A stretch of 64,000 bases of DNA from Antedon mediterranea (taxonomy: Eukaryota > Animalia > Echinodermata): contig NC_092676.1 in NCBI RefSeq assembly GCF_964355755.1, positions 8,657,888 to 8,721,887 on the forward strand, read 5' to 3'. The notes beneath the pieces were generated by a model. That model saw only the letters and a list, made by a program, of their open reading frames with translations, made no database searches and was not told where the DNA came from. Positions 38,701 to 53,700 of this stretch are shown here, piece by piece. A program made the position numbers and the translations under genes. Every line of letters begins with the position of its first letter. Position 1 is the stretch's first letter.

Positions 38701-41700
38701 CAGGAGTACTAATAAATGTAGACAACATTCTATGAAACCATTAGACTTCTTTTGTTTGGAAGATATGATACCTGTGTGCGCAAACTGCGTTATTGTTGGA
38801 AGCCACAAAGGTCATTCAGTTCAATCGATTGAAGAAAGGGTATGTATAATATTAATATTCATTCTTATATAGCGGTTGTTGCAGAATGCTTCTAAGCACC
38901 TGCTTTACATTATTACTCTGGTCATATGGAAACATACTCCCATATGCGCAAAGTTGTGTCATGATCTCACCAGGTACCCATTTGACTAGGGATACAAGCA
39001 ATGCAGCGAAAGTTTTATCCGAATTCACGATGTCACAATCAGTAATCTAACGTTGCGCCATAATTGTGTAAGGTAGTGTATTCATGAGACATAAAGGTGG
39101 GGTTAAAAAAACATGTTATTTCACTCCTGTGAGTGAGTGGCCAAGCGGTTAAGACAGTGAAACCGTAATTACGTAGCCATAACATCGGCAGGGGTTCAAG
39201 GCTCACTCACTCCATGGTTCTGGTGGTAGAACGAGTCTTCTTGGATAAGGACTATAAACCGTAGGTCCAGTGTACACATCTAGCTCGTGTGCATTTTAAA
39301 GAACCTAGTACATCTTTCGAGACGAGTAGGGAGTTACCCCGGTGTATTAGTACATCACAGCCACTGATCATAACTGGGCAATCTGGGAGACAAGTCTTTG
39401 ACTGAAGAGGTTACCCAGTATAAATATATATTTCAATCAATCAATCTGGCAATGTTTATAATGACACCTAGTATTAAAACAAAAGCAATTCTTAGACCTT
39501 TGTTTCACGAATTAACAACCATCTATCAACTGCCAAGCCAATCACACATGTGACCATATGTAACAATGAATAATGAATGTGTCAATAGAAAGTCGTGCAG
39601 TGAGAAAGGACTTTACTTTAAAAAGATTTTTTACATGCAAATGTCAGTGAAACACTAGCGAAGAAAAACCTTGGTTTCTGACATTACCCGTTGTTTAATA
39701 CTAAACAACATAAACTGCAGGTAGGCCTAGACCTAGTAAATTTGGTATTGGATATCCCAGATGATGTACGCTCGAGATTTCTAGTGAAAAGTAATTTTAT
39801 TATTTTGATAATTGTGTTGTAGAATAAGGAGGCAGTTACTGATTTAGAACCAGCAATGATGAAAGCAGAAGAAACAATGAAAACAATGTTTTTGACAAAA
39901 AAAGTAAGTATAAATAAAACAAAAAACTGCAATGTTGTGTCTATATGTATTTATGTAGGTCTGCAGATAAATATAAAACAAAGAGCTACATAGGCAGGGT
40001 AGATAGAAAAAATGCCCATCAAGTGAAGAGAACCAGTCCCAAGTTCCCCAAAATTTGCAGTTTTTTGTTATTTTCCCTGATTTTTAATGCAGATCCCCAA
40101 AATTTAGTTATTTTTCAAGTCAAGTCAAGTATCATTTATTATCATTTGTTTCTGTTTGCTCTGTTGTCGGAGCACAATATCCAGCGGACACAACACAAAC
40201 TCAAAAACAAAAACATTACAAAAAGTGTCTACATTATGTTTAAGGCTCTAATAGCTCCTGGAAAGAAACTATTTGTAAATCGTGCCTTAGTGGCCTTAAT
40301 AAAACAAAATCGCCGACTGCTGCGCATCAACTGGAACATACTAGAGGCCAGATGAAATTGATCATCTTTGATAGCCACTGCCATTTTCAGAAGACGATCC
40401 GAAAATATGTTCTCCATATCTTCTTTCTAATGACATTACAATATTAATTAAGTATCAAATGAAATATTTAAACAAATCAAAATAAATTACAGTTTACAGC
40501 ATAAAATTTAAGTTGAATTTAACCATTTAGTTTGTCTTTTATAAGTGAAAACCTCCCTTTTTAATTTGTTTTCTACAGAAGATATTAACTTGCTGTGAAA
40601 TGGATTATTCAAAGTCGTTTTTTTTTAGTCCTCATTTTTAATGTTTTTTGGTGACAATACATCTTTAAATATTTTTAAAATCTTTTTTTAGACAATTTCT
40701 GAAGCAATACCAGAAGTAAAACATGAAACTTCAAAGGTGATGAATGAGGTTTGTGCACATTTTACAAGACTTCATGCAATCTTACAAGTAAGGTAAGTTA
40801 TAGACTAACCCTTACATCTCTATCTTTAACAATTTTTTCAATCTTCTATCGACTAAAGCCGAAGTATAGTTGTTATCTCGGGACCGTTCTATGGCCACCA
40901 CCAGGTAGGCTTACTTCATTAAGGCTTCTATGAATGGATGTACTTGTTGGGAGCAGGAACGCTAGTTGACCAAACCCAGTACCGTTTTGATTACGATCAA
41001 TCGGGAAATTACCTCACAACGTTACATCTGACTTGGTTGTGAGGGTCTGCAGTCATTTTTAATATTCTTTTCTTTTATAATTCATTAAATTTCCTTCTCA
41101 ATTCATAATAAGAAAAATAAATATAAAATAAATGTTACAAAATAAATAGGCCTTTTACAAAATAAATATTACAAAATAAAACCGTCACTTAACAAACAAA
41201 ATTACTCAATCAAAGCACAATTGTTTAACAATTAACAATAGGAGGAGCTTATCTTTTCAGTCTTTGTTATTAATTGTTTATATTATTTATCACCCTTTGG
41301 TGCTTTGTATTTTGTTAATTTTACTCATTTGTTCTTGAGAATGGTTCCATAATGATTCTGAAACGAAAAGTGAAATTCATGTTTTTGCGTCTTGATTACT
41401 ATTGCAAATATTTGATTTATGTACAATTAACCAGATATTATATTTAAAATTTATGCCTGTACATGAGCTTTAAATATTCATTTTTAATGCCATTCCCACC
41501 ATTTGGAACAATCTCCCAGTTCACATTCGTAACTCTTCATTAAATCAATTTAAATTAACAACCATAATACGTTTCTTTCAGCAACTAATAAAATAAAAAT
41601 TGAATTGAAAAACTTTTTAAAATTTAGTTTAATTTAGTTTTAATTTCAAGTTTAAATTTATATGTAATAGGAACTTTAGTTGTCTACACTCTTCCTGTAT

Positions 41701-44700
41701 TTCATTTTTATACATTTATTTTTTGTCATTTTGTGTATTTTTTTTTGGAGAAAATAAATATATTTACCACATCAGGCACAGAACATTGATCGTAACCCCT
41801 CTGGTGATATACTGAAATTGAATTAATACATTTGAAACAATAAAGATTAGGAAATCTGAAAATGTGAAACTGTGATTCGAACTAGGAACCTTCTGCTTGA
41901 TATGAAGATGTCCTAACCATTAGACCACTGAGGCTTTCATGGTATTGTTCAAACTCGATTAGATAGTGACTCTTTATTAATTGATTTGTAGCATGGGTCA
42001 TGTTGACCTTAATAAAAAATTAGAATAAAATTTGTGTTTTTTGTAGGTTATTTGTTATCCATAAACTAATAAATTGATCCTAAATCATAATCTTGTTATT
42101 ATGTAGAGAGAAGTTGTTAATGGAATCTATAGAATCTTACCTTGAAACACAAATTGACACAATCAAGCATGTCCAGGCATCAGTAGAGGCTAACTTAAGC
42201 TGTGTAATTGGTGCTATTTCAGGTAACTTCTTTTCCCCATTACGCTGAATCTGGAATATAATAATAATATCCTGGATTTATAAAGCGCCTAATGTTGTGA
42301 AATTGCTAAAAGTCTGTCTACACTATCAAACTAGTTTGACAAAAAAAAAAGTGTGACGTGCCTAAATATGGTAGTGATATGCTTTAATATGGTACAGTAG
42401 TGATATAACATATATATGAACATCACATAAATTTGATAGAGGAGACAGAGCTTAAGCGATGTACATATTACCTCAGTCTTTTTTTGTGTGGATCAAACAC
42501 ACATGGAAACCCATACCATTTGTACACCTGGGATGCGATGAGCATTGGATTTTAACCCATATTGTCACGATCAGTAGTCCAGCCCACTGCGCCACATGTC
42601 CTTACGGTATTATACGTTACCCCAGGTGTACTAGTTCATACAGCAACTGTCGTTGACAGAGGTAGCATGTCGTTGACAGAGGTAGCACCGTAAGTGGCTG
42701 CAGGACATGACGAAACCCTTAGGGGAGAAGCATGAAGTGTAACATCTAGTCCACAGCGCCTTGAGCACTTTAGTGGATATGTGCGCTTTCCAAATCTTAT
42801 TTTATCTTTGTTTACCTTTGACCAGCAGCCTGAGGTATAAAACATTTTAATATATTGTTACGGTCTTGCTCGTTAGGCTGAAACCAACAATAAGAATATA
42901 ACAAAACACGTCTTAGTTGTCGTCCATCTTTATTCACTTCCCTTTTTTCTCTAGAGGGCTCACTTCTGTGTGACAAACCCATCACAATATACAAAATGGA
43001 GGAAATATCAATTAATACATTTTTTTTATACACAAAGATGAAATATTAGGGTAAATAGTAACCATGATTAATGAACTGTATTTTTAGAGGCTCAAAAGGC
43101 CATTAACAGCAATGAATATATCCAGACTACACAGCTTCTTGCACTGCTAGACGCAACAGCAGACCTGCCATCATTTATTGAGGTTCTATCAAAAGACAAC
43201 CAATTGGAATTTACACCAGGCCCTGAGGATTTGTCTAACAATCTGTCAGAATATGGAGAAATAGAAGGCTTTGATACAGACAGGTTAGCATTGAATTAGA
43301 TCTCATCCACATCAAGTGGTTAAGGTGGGAGCACTCTTCTGTTGGCAGTAAATCAGCACATGGTTGAAGACTCCTCGACCATAGTTCTGGTTGTCGAACA
43401 ATTCTTGGAGTAAGGAGGTCCAGTGTACACATTGTCACTTTATGAAACACAATGATTTTTTGGAAAAGTAAAGGTGCTCTTATGTCGACACGGAACTCGA
43501 GTCAACTGAATGTTTTGTGTTTGTGTCAGTTGCATTCAGTTGTGTTCAGTTGCTCGGAGAGCTTATGTCGACACAGTTGAGTTGATTTGTGTTGCATGTC
43601 AACATAAGGGCATCATAAGGGGCTACCCCAGTGTACTGGTCCATAGCCCTGCCGTTGAAAGAGCCCATTTGGTTCCAGCTCATCACAAAGGAACCCTTAG
43701 AAGAAATGATTGTTGCAACATCTGCCCTTTGAGATGGTTTTAACCGTATCATGTTTTGTACAGTTTTTATTTCCATCAAATGTTTTTCATTCTATTTAAT
43801 AATTTTTTTTATTCAGATATACCTTAAAGACGTTCAGTGAAGTGCCAGAAGAAATTGCTGGATGTCGAGAGCTTAGCAAGGAGGATCAGGCAGCATTAGA
43901 TCGAATGCTTTTGGAAACACAACGATTATATAAGGAATCTGTAGGCAGCCAATCAGGTGATTTGTCTCAAATGTGTCTATTACAATGTGGATGCCCTGAA
44001 TTTGTTAGTATCAAATTACCGTAAAAAGCTCATCTCGAAAAGAAGTCCCCAATTTTGGTTTCCAAAGGAATCTTGAAAAGAAGTGCATCGGTCTTCTTTT
44101 TGAGATTTGAATTTCAAAGGAAGCCAGATAACTTGTGATGTAGATATAATGTATGATCGAGTTTAAATTGTCAAAAAATGTACAGCATTCATTTCTTTAG
44201 TTACTAAAAGTAATACTCGAAAAGAAGTATCTTGAAAAGAGTACTAAAAAAAGAAGCCCATTGCCGTCTTTTCAAGGTATCCTATTTTGGAATATTTTTC
44301 ATTTTGCAATAAGAAATAGATTTATATATTTAAATGTGAAGCATGTTCATAAGTGCAGTGCAACAAACAATGCTATCATGGTTGCTACCCCCTCCCCTTT
44401 AACTCAACCTCCCATCTCATTCCTGAATTTATATTGGAAAATTATACCTCTCAAAGTATTTGACATTTAATTTTTAGACAATCTAACAAATAAAATGTTT
44501 TCTTTTATTAGTTGAAAATGAGGATTCAGAAAGTGTAAGCTCTAGCCTTACAAACCTGTCTAAACGTGAGGGTGAAGCTAATAAAACAAGAAAGCCTTAT
44601 CGCCCTAGGACATACTTACCAAGAGGTAAGGGAGCATTCTTCCACTGCAGTTGCTCTTTAACCCGTTTTTGTTATTTAGCAAGCTTTTTTTTGGATTGTC

Positions 44701-47700
44701 ATACCTACTGTTTAATGACTACCTCATAAACATGACCTTCTTCATTAAAATACATTATTGCATTAAAAAAAATAGTGATTGAAGTAAGTAGAATGATTTT
44801 GATACAATTCCTAAACAATCTAGACTAGTCATAAATTGTCAGTACGAAAAAAAAAACATTTAATCTATATAAAAAAATAGTATTGTAATGCTATACAATA
44901 CTGCAAATCTGTAGTATTACCACTTTTGATCGCCATTTGAATCAAAAGTGTGTTGGTACTGTTAGATATAATATAAACAAATATACTAATAAACGTTATC
45001 ACTGTGAGTGTGGGTAGCCCCTACTTATAGATTATAAACACATAATAATATATACTTTATTACTGTCAGTTGTTTCTCAACGTTTGTATTAATTAATAAT
45101 TACAAAAATATAAACGTATTAGTGGTCTTTAAATGTAATTTACTATTTCAATCGACCAAGAGACAGTGACAGTTTTAATAAAGTATTAAATCGGAAATGG
45201 TTTACTCTATTTAGTGGTATATTATTTATAGGCCTATATAAAAAAAATATTTTGTTACTGATTGGATAATAAAGAAATATAACATATAACAAAATTGGGT
45301 TTGTTTAAATGAGTCCAAATAACAAATTTCGACTCATTTTGTGATAAGTTTGGTTGACTACATAAATCATTGTGTCTATTTATTTGTTTCTGTAAACGAC
45401 AATGTTTTATAGTACTGCGGTACGTACATTTGAAATCACCAGTTTTTTTACGCTGAAATTACTATGTATTTATTAAAAATAAAACATTTCTGTTTTATTC
45501 TGTTACCAACAGTACCTCCTGGTGAAAAAGTGATTGTGACCCATATTCGTAATCCATGTGATTTCATGGTTCAACGACTTGGTGACCAAGGCAAAGTGAA
45601 CAACATGATGGGATATTTACAGAAGTTTTGCAGGGCTCCTGCTGATAAACTCCTAACTACAGATTATCTAAAGATTGGTAAGTCATAATTCTGCCATTAG
45701 TTGACACAATACTCATCTTTTTTTCCTTACATGTAAACTAGCAACTAGTCTGGAATAATGTGATCATGGTTTTGTCTTGTAACTATTATATATAAACCTT
45801 TTATCCTGGTGGAGCTGTAGCTTGGTGGTTAAATTATTTATACCATATTAATTGAATCATTTATTGTTTTTTTCTAATGGAGGCGTTAATTTGGTGATAT
45901 ATGAACAAATTAAACACAATTGATATTGAGAAGTGATAAAATACAGTAAAAATTGTATCAAAATTCTTGGTAAATTTGAGATAATGTCAATCACCTAATT
46001 CTACTACAAATAGAAATGTCTTTGTAATGCAATATTGTGTAGATAATGCATGTGACGGAGCATTTATTCGCGTAAACAAATAAAGGCTCTGTGAGCGTTT
46101 ATTCGAGGGAAGCTGTTTTTCCAAGTGGTACGTTTATTCGAATAAATATAGTAATTCAGTTATGTTTAAATTTCAGGTACTATGGTCTGCTGTCAATACA
46201 GCTTTGACAAGAAGTGGTACCGCGCTATCATCATGACGCCATGCAAGACTAGCACAGAAGATGAGGATGAAATTGAATCCAAAGATGGTACAACCAGTGA
46301 GGTGAGCGTTGGTTCGGCCAGCATGAAAAGCATCACATCCAGTAGAGGCAAAGACAAACTCTTTGAAGTTGTGTACATTGACTATGGTAACACGGAATGG
46401 GTGCCTATTACCAGGTGATGGTTTGTTTTGGTATTGTTTGGGTATAGCCATACCCCTAATTTAATATTAATATTATAGATCAATCCACTGTATTTTTTCA
46501 TCTGCCATAAACCTACCATTTTGAGCAAATTCTTTATTCATCCCGCATCGGGCCATTAGAAAATGGACTGAAATAAATTTTAACAAAAATATAATAATTA
46601 TTTAAAAATACAAAAATAAAATCATATTTAATCGTAACATTTTAAATATACAAGATTCATATTCATCCTTCTTTATTCATAATAATACTATGGCCCAAGA
46701 ACAACATTTCTTTTGAACTTTTATTTAACAGTCTAACACTAGTTTTGTCTTACCTATATATATTTACATTTACATAAAATTTGTTTGTCACAAAAAGATG
46801 AAATATGTAGGAATGAGCATCCAGTAATTTTCGAACATACATTTACAAGCTTCACTGGTCCAGATTGATCTTTAGGATTTAAATTGTAGAACCAACATAT
46901 TATATTGGAAATGGTTAAAACGCTTTCCACAAATAAGTATCCCCATTTTACACTTTCTCTGGGAAAAAATTAGAAACAAGTGTTTCTCAACTGATTTGTG
47001 TCATTTGGGGTCTATATATCCACCAAAAAAAAGTTCCAGCTCATCTGACCTGGGGAAAGTCGCCATTTTGGATTTTTAAAATGGCCGCCATAAATTACAT
47101 ATTTTTGCTCATAACTCAGCTTCTACATCATGTATGGACATGATTTTGGTGGTAAAGTATATGTTTTTAGGGTCAGGGAATCCAAATACAGCATTTTGAA
47201 GATTACTCAATGGCCGCCATTTTGACGCCATAAAATACAGATTTTCTCATATCTCAGCTTCTACAAATTATATGGATGTGATTTTGGTGGCAAAGTGTAT
47301 GTTTTGAGGGTCAAGGAATGCAAATAAATCATTTTTAAGTTCACTAAATGACCCCCATTTTGTTTTTCAACATGGCTGCCATAGCATTTACAGAATTTTC
47401 CACATATCTCAACTTCTATCATCATATCTGATTTTGTTGACTAGGCCTAAGTCTATGGTTACAGAATAAACATTTTCAAAATCTTATACCTTGCCATATT
47501 AGAGTTCAAAATGGCCGCCATATTGTATTGCACAGTATTTAGTTTTTGGGTTTCGAAATACATATACACTATTCTGAAATGTTTTTTTGCACAATTGCTA
47601 TTTTTTATCTTTAAAAATGGAAATGGTCATGTAGTCCGTGGATTCATAACATATAGCATTAAAATCCATGTAATTTGAATATCTACAATAAAATGGCCAC

Positions 47701-50700
47701 AATAAACATACAGCTTATTAATTGTGAGCTATCGAGCAATCGTCATCACTTTCCTCGTATGTTCCTTTACCATTAGAGCAGTGACCACTGCAATAACCAC
47801 ACGCAGCAACACATGCTATAGAGTACTTTCTACAGCTGCATTTGTTTGTGCTGCATAGGTTTCCTCCTTTCCAGTTACAGCATATTGATTTCAGTAAAGA
47901 TTGAGGTGCAATATCGTCGTCTGTCATGATTGGAGATGATTGTCATAAATCCTCCAGCCTCTTTCATCGGGTTTATAGCATTTGTATTCAAGAGCTTCCA
48001 TGTAATGCTGATGAGAGTGCTTTATAGTTGAACAATTTTTGGTGGTAGTCTGTCTGAATTTAGTTTACCCTTTGCTGCCTGTCGCACAAATTAGTCATGT
48101 CTTGCCTTGGACAAGATATCTGGATTCAGACCATGTAATCAGCATAGCCTTAATACCATATTTACTAACATTTTCGATGCTTGATAGCGGGTTGGTGAAA
48201 ATTGATACAACAGTAGGAGGGAATTTCTTCTTGTAAATGTAGCTGGTTTAGTGTATCCACATATAGATGATACAGTGTCACATACAGACCATGCATAATT
48301 AAAAAGAAATTCATCACGGTCAGCGATTAAACCAGTAATAGACGATATGTTAAAGATTCAGCTACTTGTTTGAAAAAAGAGCTTTGGTTGGACAATGGTA
48401 GCATAAAAGAACTAACACATCTGTATCTTCTGCAACTACAACCGCATTTGTATCAGAACAATTGGTTTGAGATATAGCTTCTTTAACCATTACCGTGTCT
48501 GCATCTTCATCAGCTTGGATGGTTTTAATACCACATCTTTCCATTTCCTGAGAGAGTAATGTTATGAAAGATGCTTTGTTGCAGCCATTACAAAGTAATT
48601 CCTCTCGTTCTGATGAAACCTTCGTATCTAGAGTAATGTTCACATTACTGCTTGTTTTTTTCTTGAATGTTTTTCGATGATCCTTGTAGCCTTTGGTTTG
48701 CTAGGATATCCATCCCAAAGAACTATACACCACCATTAAATTTGCTCTGGAAGAGGCCTATGTAGGACATCACAACATCAGAAAAGTAACCACTTTATTC
48801 CATGGTACTTGGTGTAAGAACCAACCACCATCAACAATGTGAACTGATACGGCATCTATTGTGGTGGTGTTGGTAACATTCTCCTTCAGCATTCGACCAA
48901 ATTTTGATTTTTTTAAACAAAGCTGTTGGAAAAGGTGTCGGTTCATATCCAAATGCCGTTTCGATGTCTCCATCTCTTTCAGAGAGAACAATAAGTCTGT
49001 TGAAGAGAACCGTTTTTTCGACAGAAATCTTCTTTGTTCCAACTTTTACATGCTTTTCAAGAGAACTTAGTAATTTTACTTTCATAGGTAAGTGGCATCG
49101 TCCAAGCTTTCTTGGATGTCTTGGCCAATGTTCCAAGCTTGTTCACAACTGGTTTGTGTCTGTTATATTCAATCCAGTTGAGAGTGAAGCTCTCACAAGA
49201 GGATCGCTTATCACTATAAATGGTCTTTCTGTAGACGTACTTTCCCGAAATCTTTGTTACTTCGTTTGTCTCTCTTTAACCGACCCTTTCATCCATCATC
49301 ATTTCCAGATGCTTTAAGTGCGATAAGCTAGAAACCCACACTTTTACTGAATTCGTATGACGAAGTCTGCCACGTGTGAGACCGCCACTTTATTTGTATT
49401 TTCGCATAGGGTTCCTCTATTGTCATGTCTGAAAACTTATCATCACTATAACACGTTGTGTGATATCCATTCTTATGGAACATCTCATATGTATGTGGAA
49501 ATTTGTGTTTCAGCTCAAGCATTTTCTGTAGATATAACATTCCACTCTTGGCATATTGTCCATGATCAGCTGCTGCAAATATGTAAAGCATAGATGATAC
49601 TGTCTGAAGATAGAGCGGCTAGGTACAGTATTGCCTAACAAGTGATACCATCTCGTGATATAAAGCCCACAACTTAGATGTTCTTGATACCTGTTTGATC
49701 TTCCCGATTGTTCTATTTACTGTGTCTATATCTGGAGTCAAAAAATCTTCATCCTGTGTCATCATTGTATGATAAAACAGCTGAATCTGCTAAAAATGGA
49801 CTCTGAGAGCTTTTGAATATGCAGCTCCCTTTAAAATGTAAGTGACAGTATTTGGTTCATAAAGTAAGCAAAGCACATCTTCCAAACCCGAACCAGTCAT
49901 TATATGTACAATACAACCCAGGATGCTCTTGAGAAGATTGAATCATCCAAGCCTGACAACAACTGGCAGGTGCCTTTTCTTAACTATCTGTATTGTTTTA
50001 ACCCACAGTGGTTGATTATGTGAAGAGCTATAAGATATACATTTACAGAGTGTAGTATACACTGTCGAATTATCATTTGGGTCATTTAGAATGATCGGCA
50101 GAAACTCTATTGTCGACTTCTCCACTGATCCAGTACTTGTACATAAATCCAGACCAGTTAGGATGACCAGTGCTTGTCTCCGGTGTATTTGGTAACCATC
50201 CATTCACCACATAAGACGCTGCTATAAATGGGATCTCTTTGTCACAAAAAGCATATATGATGATAAAAGCTGAGATATGAACAAAATTCTGTACATTTTA
50301 TGGCAGCCATTTTGAAAAACAAAATGGCGACCATAGAGTGAACTAATTTATTTGCATTCATTGACCCTCAAAACATACATTTTGCCACCAAAATCACATC
50401 CATTTATTTTTTAGAAGCTGAGATATGAGAAAATCTGTATTTTATGGCGGCCATTTTGAAAAACAAAATGGCGGCCATTGAGTGAACTTCAAAATGCTGT
50501 ATTTGGATTCCTTGACCCTAAAAACATACACTTTACTGCCAAAATCATGTCCATACATGATGTATAAGCTGAGTTATGAACAAAAATCTGTAATTTATGG
50601 CGGCCATTTTAAAAATCCAAAATGGCGACTTTCCCCAGGTCAGATGAGCTGGAACTTTTTTTTGGTGGATATATAGACCCCAGATGACACAAATCAGTGA

Positions 50701-53700
50701 AGAAACATTTGTTTCTAATTTTTTCCCAGATTGGCCCTTTTTAGACTTAATTTAGGGATACTAAAAGGAATTACGTGTTCAATAAGATTACCAAGAGTGA
50801 CATTTTGAGAACCATGATATAGTCATGGTATGGACAACTTCAAGACCTAGCAAAGTGTGTTATTAGGAGTGGCTCCTGAATACGATTAGCCTTAATGTTA
50901 AAACTACCCTTCTTTCATTTTACATTAAAGTGTTTTCTCAAAGTAGAGGTTCTAATGAATAGTTTCTTAATTACATTATTTTATTATTTTCAGTATCCGA
51001 AAAATGTGTCCAAAATACAGGAAAATGCCAGAATTTTCCAAACGCTGTTCATTGAAAGACATCGTTCCAGCTCAAAATGTAAGAGTATTCCTAAAAATAA
51101 ATTCATAAGTAATGTTTCTACTAATATAATATGTAATATATTATATATATATATATATATTATATATATATATATATCTAATTCCTTCACTTGCACTGAT
51201 GAAGGGCTAGTGTTGCCCGAAAGCTCTGCTAACTTTTCTGGCTGTTTTACTTATCGTTTTGATTTAGCTTTTCGCTTTTTATTTTTGTATCTCCATTGAG
51301 ATCCAGCCACTGATACCCACAGCATTGTCATTTTTTCAGTAATTTGCCTTTGGATTTATATATATATATCTAATGTTATACTTTTGAAAGTGTGAGTTAT
51401 ATCTAGTTGAAGAAATGTTAATTTGTTCTGTTACTATAAAATATATATTGTTTTGCTTTCTAGAAACAACATTGGTCAAAAGCTGCAGTGCATGTCTTTG
51501 CAGAAATGACAAATAATAAACCACTCCTTATGACTGTAAGTACAATTTACAACTGTAGATTTGTATATTATATATTGTCTATTTTTGACATCAAATAATT
51601 TTACTATTAAAATACTCATTTGTTCTCTAGATGACAATGACAATTTTAATTGTTCAGAAACGTACACAATGCACCACACAACTACCTGTCTTTACTTCTG
51701 AACTTCTTTCTTTGCAACATAAACAAAGCCAGGGATACCTACACATATATTGAGATAATAATTATAACCGTAAATGTATTTGATTTCTATATTAAACACT
51801 TTTTTGTGACTTGCACCACTTATATCTGTATGTACGACTACCATGCCGGAACATCGGTTCTCGTCAGATCACCAAAGTTAAGCAACCTTGGGCCCGGTTA
51901 GAGCTTGGATGGGAGACCATCTGGGAATATCGAGTGCTGTATATGGAGCTGGGGTCCCGTTAGGCATTTGAAATCAACACTGCTGACTCTTATGGCAGCC
52001 CCTGCATCTAGTATCTTTCTCAGACATATTGGCCTATGCCTCTCCTCTGGTTAAGGTTGGCACTGCACGAGAGAAGTCCTTGGTCAATGTTGGGACCAGC
52101 CAAAGGTGCTTTAAAACCGTCCTTTCTTAGTCATCATTCAGATGAATGTAAGGCTAATTCACATTGTCGTTTACGACAGAAGACGGCCATCTCAATATAT
52201 TAATTACTTTATATAATAAATTAATTATATTTATTTTGTTTTAGACCATTGCTCACGAAGGAAGTATCGTTTATGTTGATTTACATGAAGTTCTCATTGA
52301 TGATGTAGAAGCGGAGGCTCCTGCCTCTGTACGTGATGCACTGGTCTTCTTAGAGGTAGCATGTTTTATGTCGGAAAAGTCTGTCTATAGAGGTACAAAA
52401 CATTTCTATGAATAGAAGACTAACTATAAATAAAAATAAAGATTAATAAAATCAGACTTTGAATAGGTTATTTTGTGGTTTTAATAAACTTAAAATGTTT
52501 TCTCATATAAAATGACAAATAAGTGATCAACTTCAACCAAAAACCCATTGGCTGGCAGCCAATATGACTATTTTTTTGCTTTAAATCACAGCTTTTTCAG
52601 GTAATTTTTTTTTTTCAATTTTATTTTTTTTCAAAGTGGATCACTATTATGTGAAATTAAAATGGCATATTCAACCAAAAAAAATGTACAAAATTATTTT
52701 TTTAGGGGACAAACATCTTTAATACTTAAACTAAAAAATACTGCTGAAATACATCAAGTAATTCTATTTCAGTTTCTTAAACCAATTATTTCGCAAGCAT
52801 TTTTTTGATAATCATAACCCATTTTTTTCGGAGTTTTACTGATAATGTGGTACCATTAATCATTTTTTATTAGCCCTAGTCAGAATAACACATTTTTTTT
52901 CATATTTGCTGAACTTACTACAAATTTCCTTTTTAAAATTTAGAAATAAGAAAAAAGTCAGTTGAATATTTTACTCCAACTGTACCACTCAAGGATGAAT
53001 ATGTCGATGTGATGGTTAGTCATGTTAATAGTCCAGTCAGCTTCTACGTCCAAGAGGTAACTAAATAGATTACCCAAAATGTGTATAGTTATGTAAGCCA
53101 AGCCAATGGGGATTCAAACGAAACCCTCTTCTTTCTGTAGTGCACTTTTCAAACTAGAGACCAATAAAGGATTGATGGTAAATAGGCCTTAAATAAATCT
53201 CATAATATGGAAAAAAAATAACATTATGTGAAAAAATACAACAACATTATGGGAAAAAATACAATCACAAGTGATAAAATACAGTAAAATTGTTGAATTG
53301 TATATCAATGACGGAATTCAATGACTTCAACTACAAATAGAAATGTGTTGTAATACAAGATTGTGTGTATATGCATGCGTTGGGGCGTTTATTTGAGGAA
53401 AACATTTGAGGGGAAGGAGCGATGTTCTATGTGGGGCGTTTATTCAAAACAGGGTGTTTATTAAAATAAATACAGTATTATATATACACATTTTTATATT
53501 TGGGTTGATAATCTGTTTATTGAAAACCATTTTTATCTTTTTACCATAAATATTTAAAGAACAAAAAAAAACATTCATAGTATAACTTTTAGATTAACTT
53601 TCGGTCTTTCTTTCTTCAGATTACTTTAGGAGAACAGTATTTACAGATTATGATGAACGAGCTACAGAAACACTACAACAATGCGGACAACAACATGCGT

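Noticed and set aside
41874-41937. tRNA gene on the minus strand (similar fragments at ~3895-3960, 56405-56460, 57912-57945)
   Set aside because: A/B-box-like motifs only, with no complete cloverleaf; most likely SINE heads.
51831-51941. Functional 5S rRNA gene
   Set aside because: Many substitutions, a 5' deletion, no poly-T terminator, and a single intronic copy.
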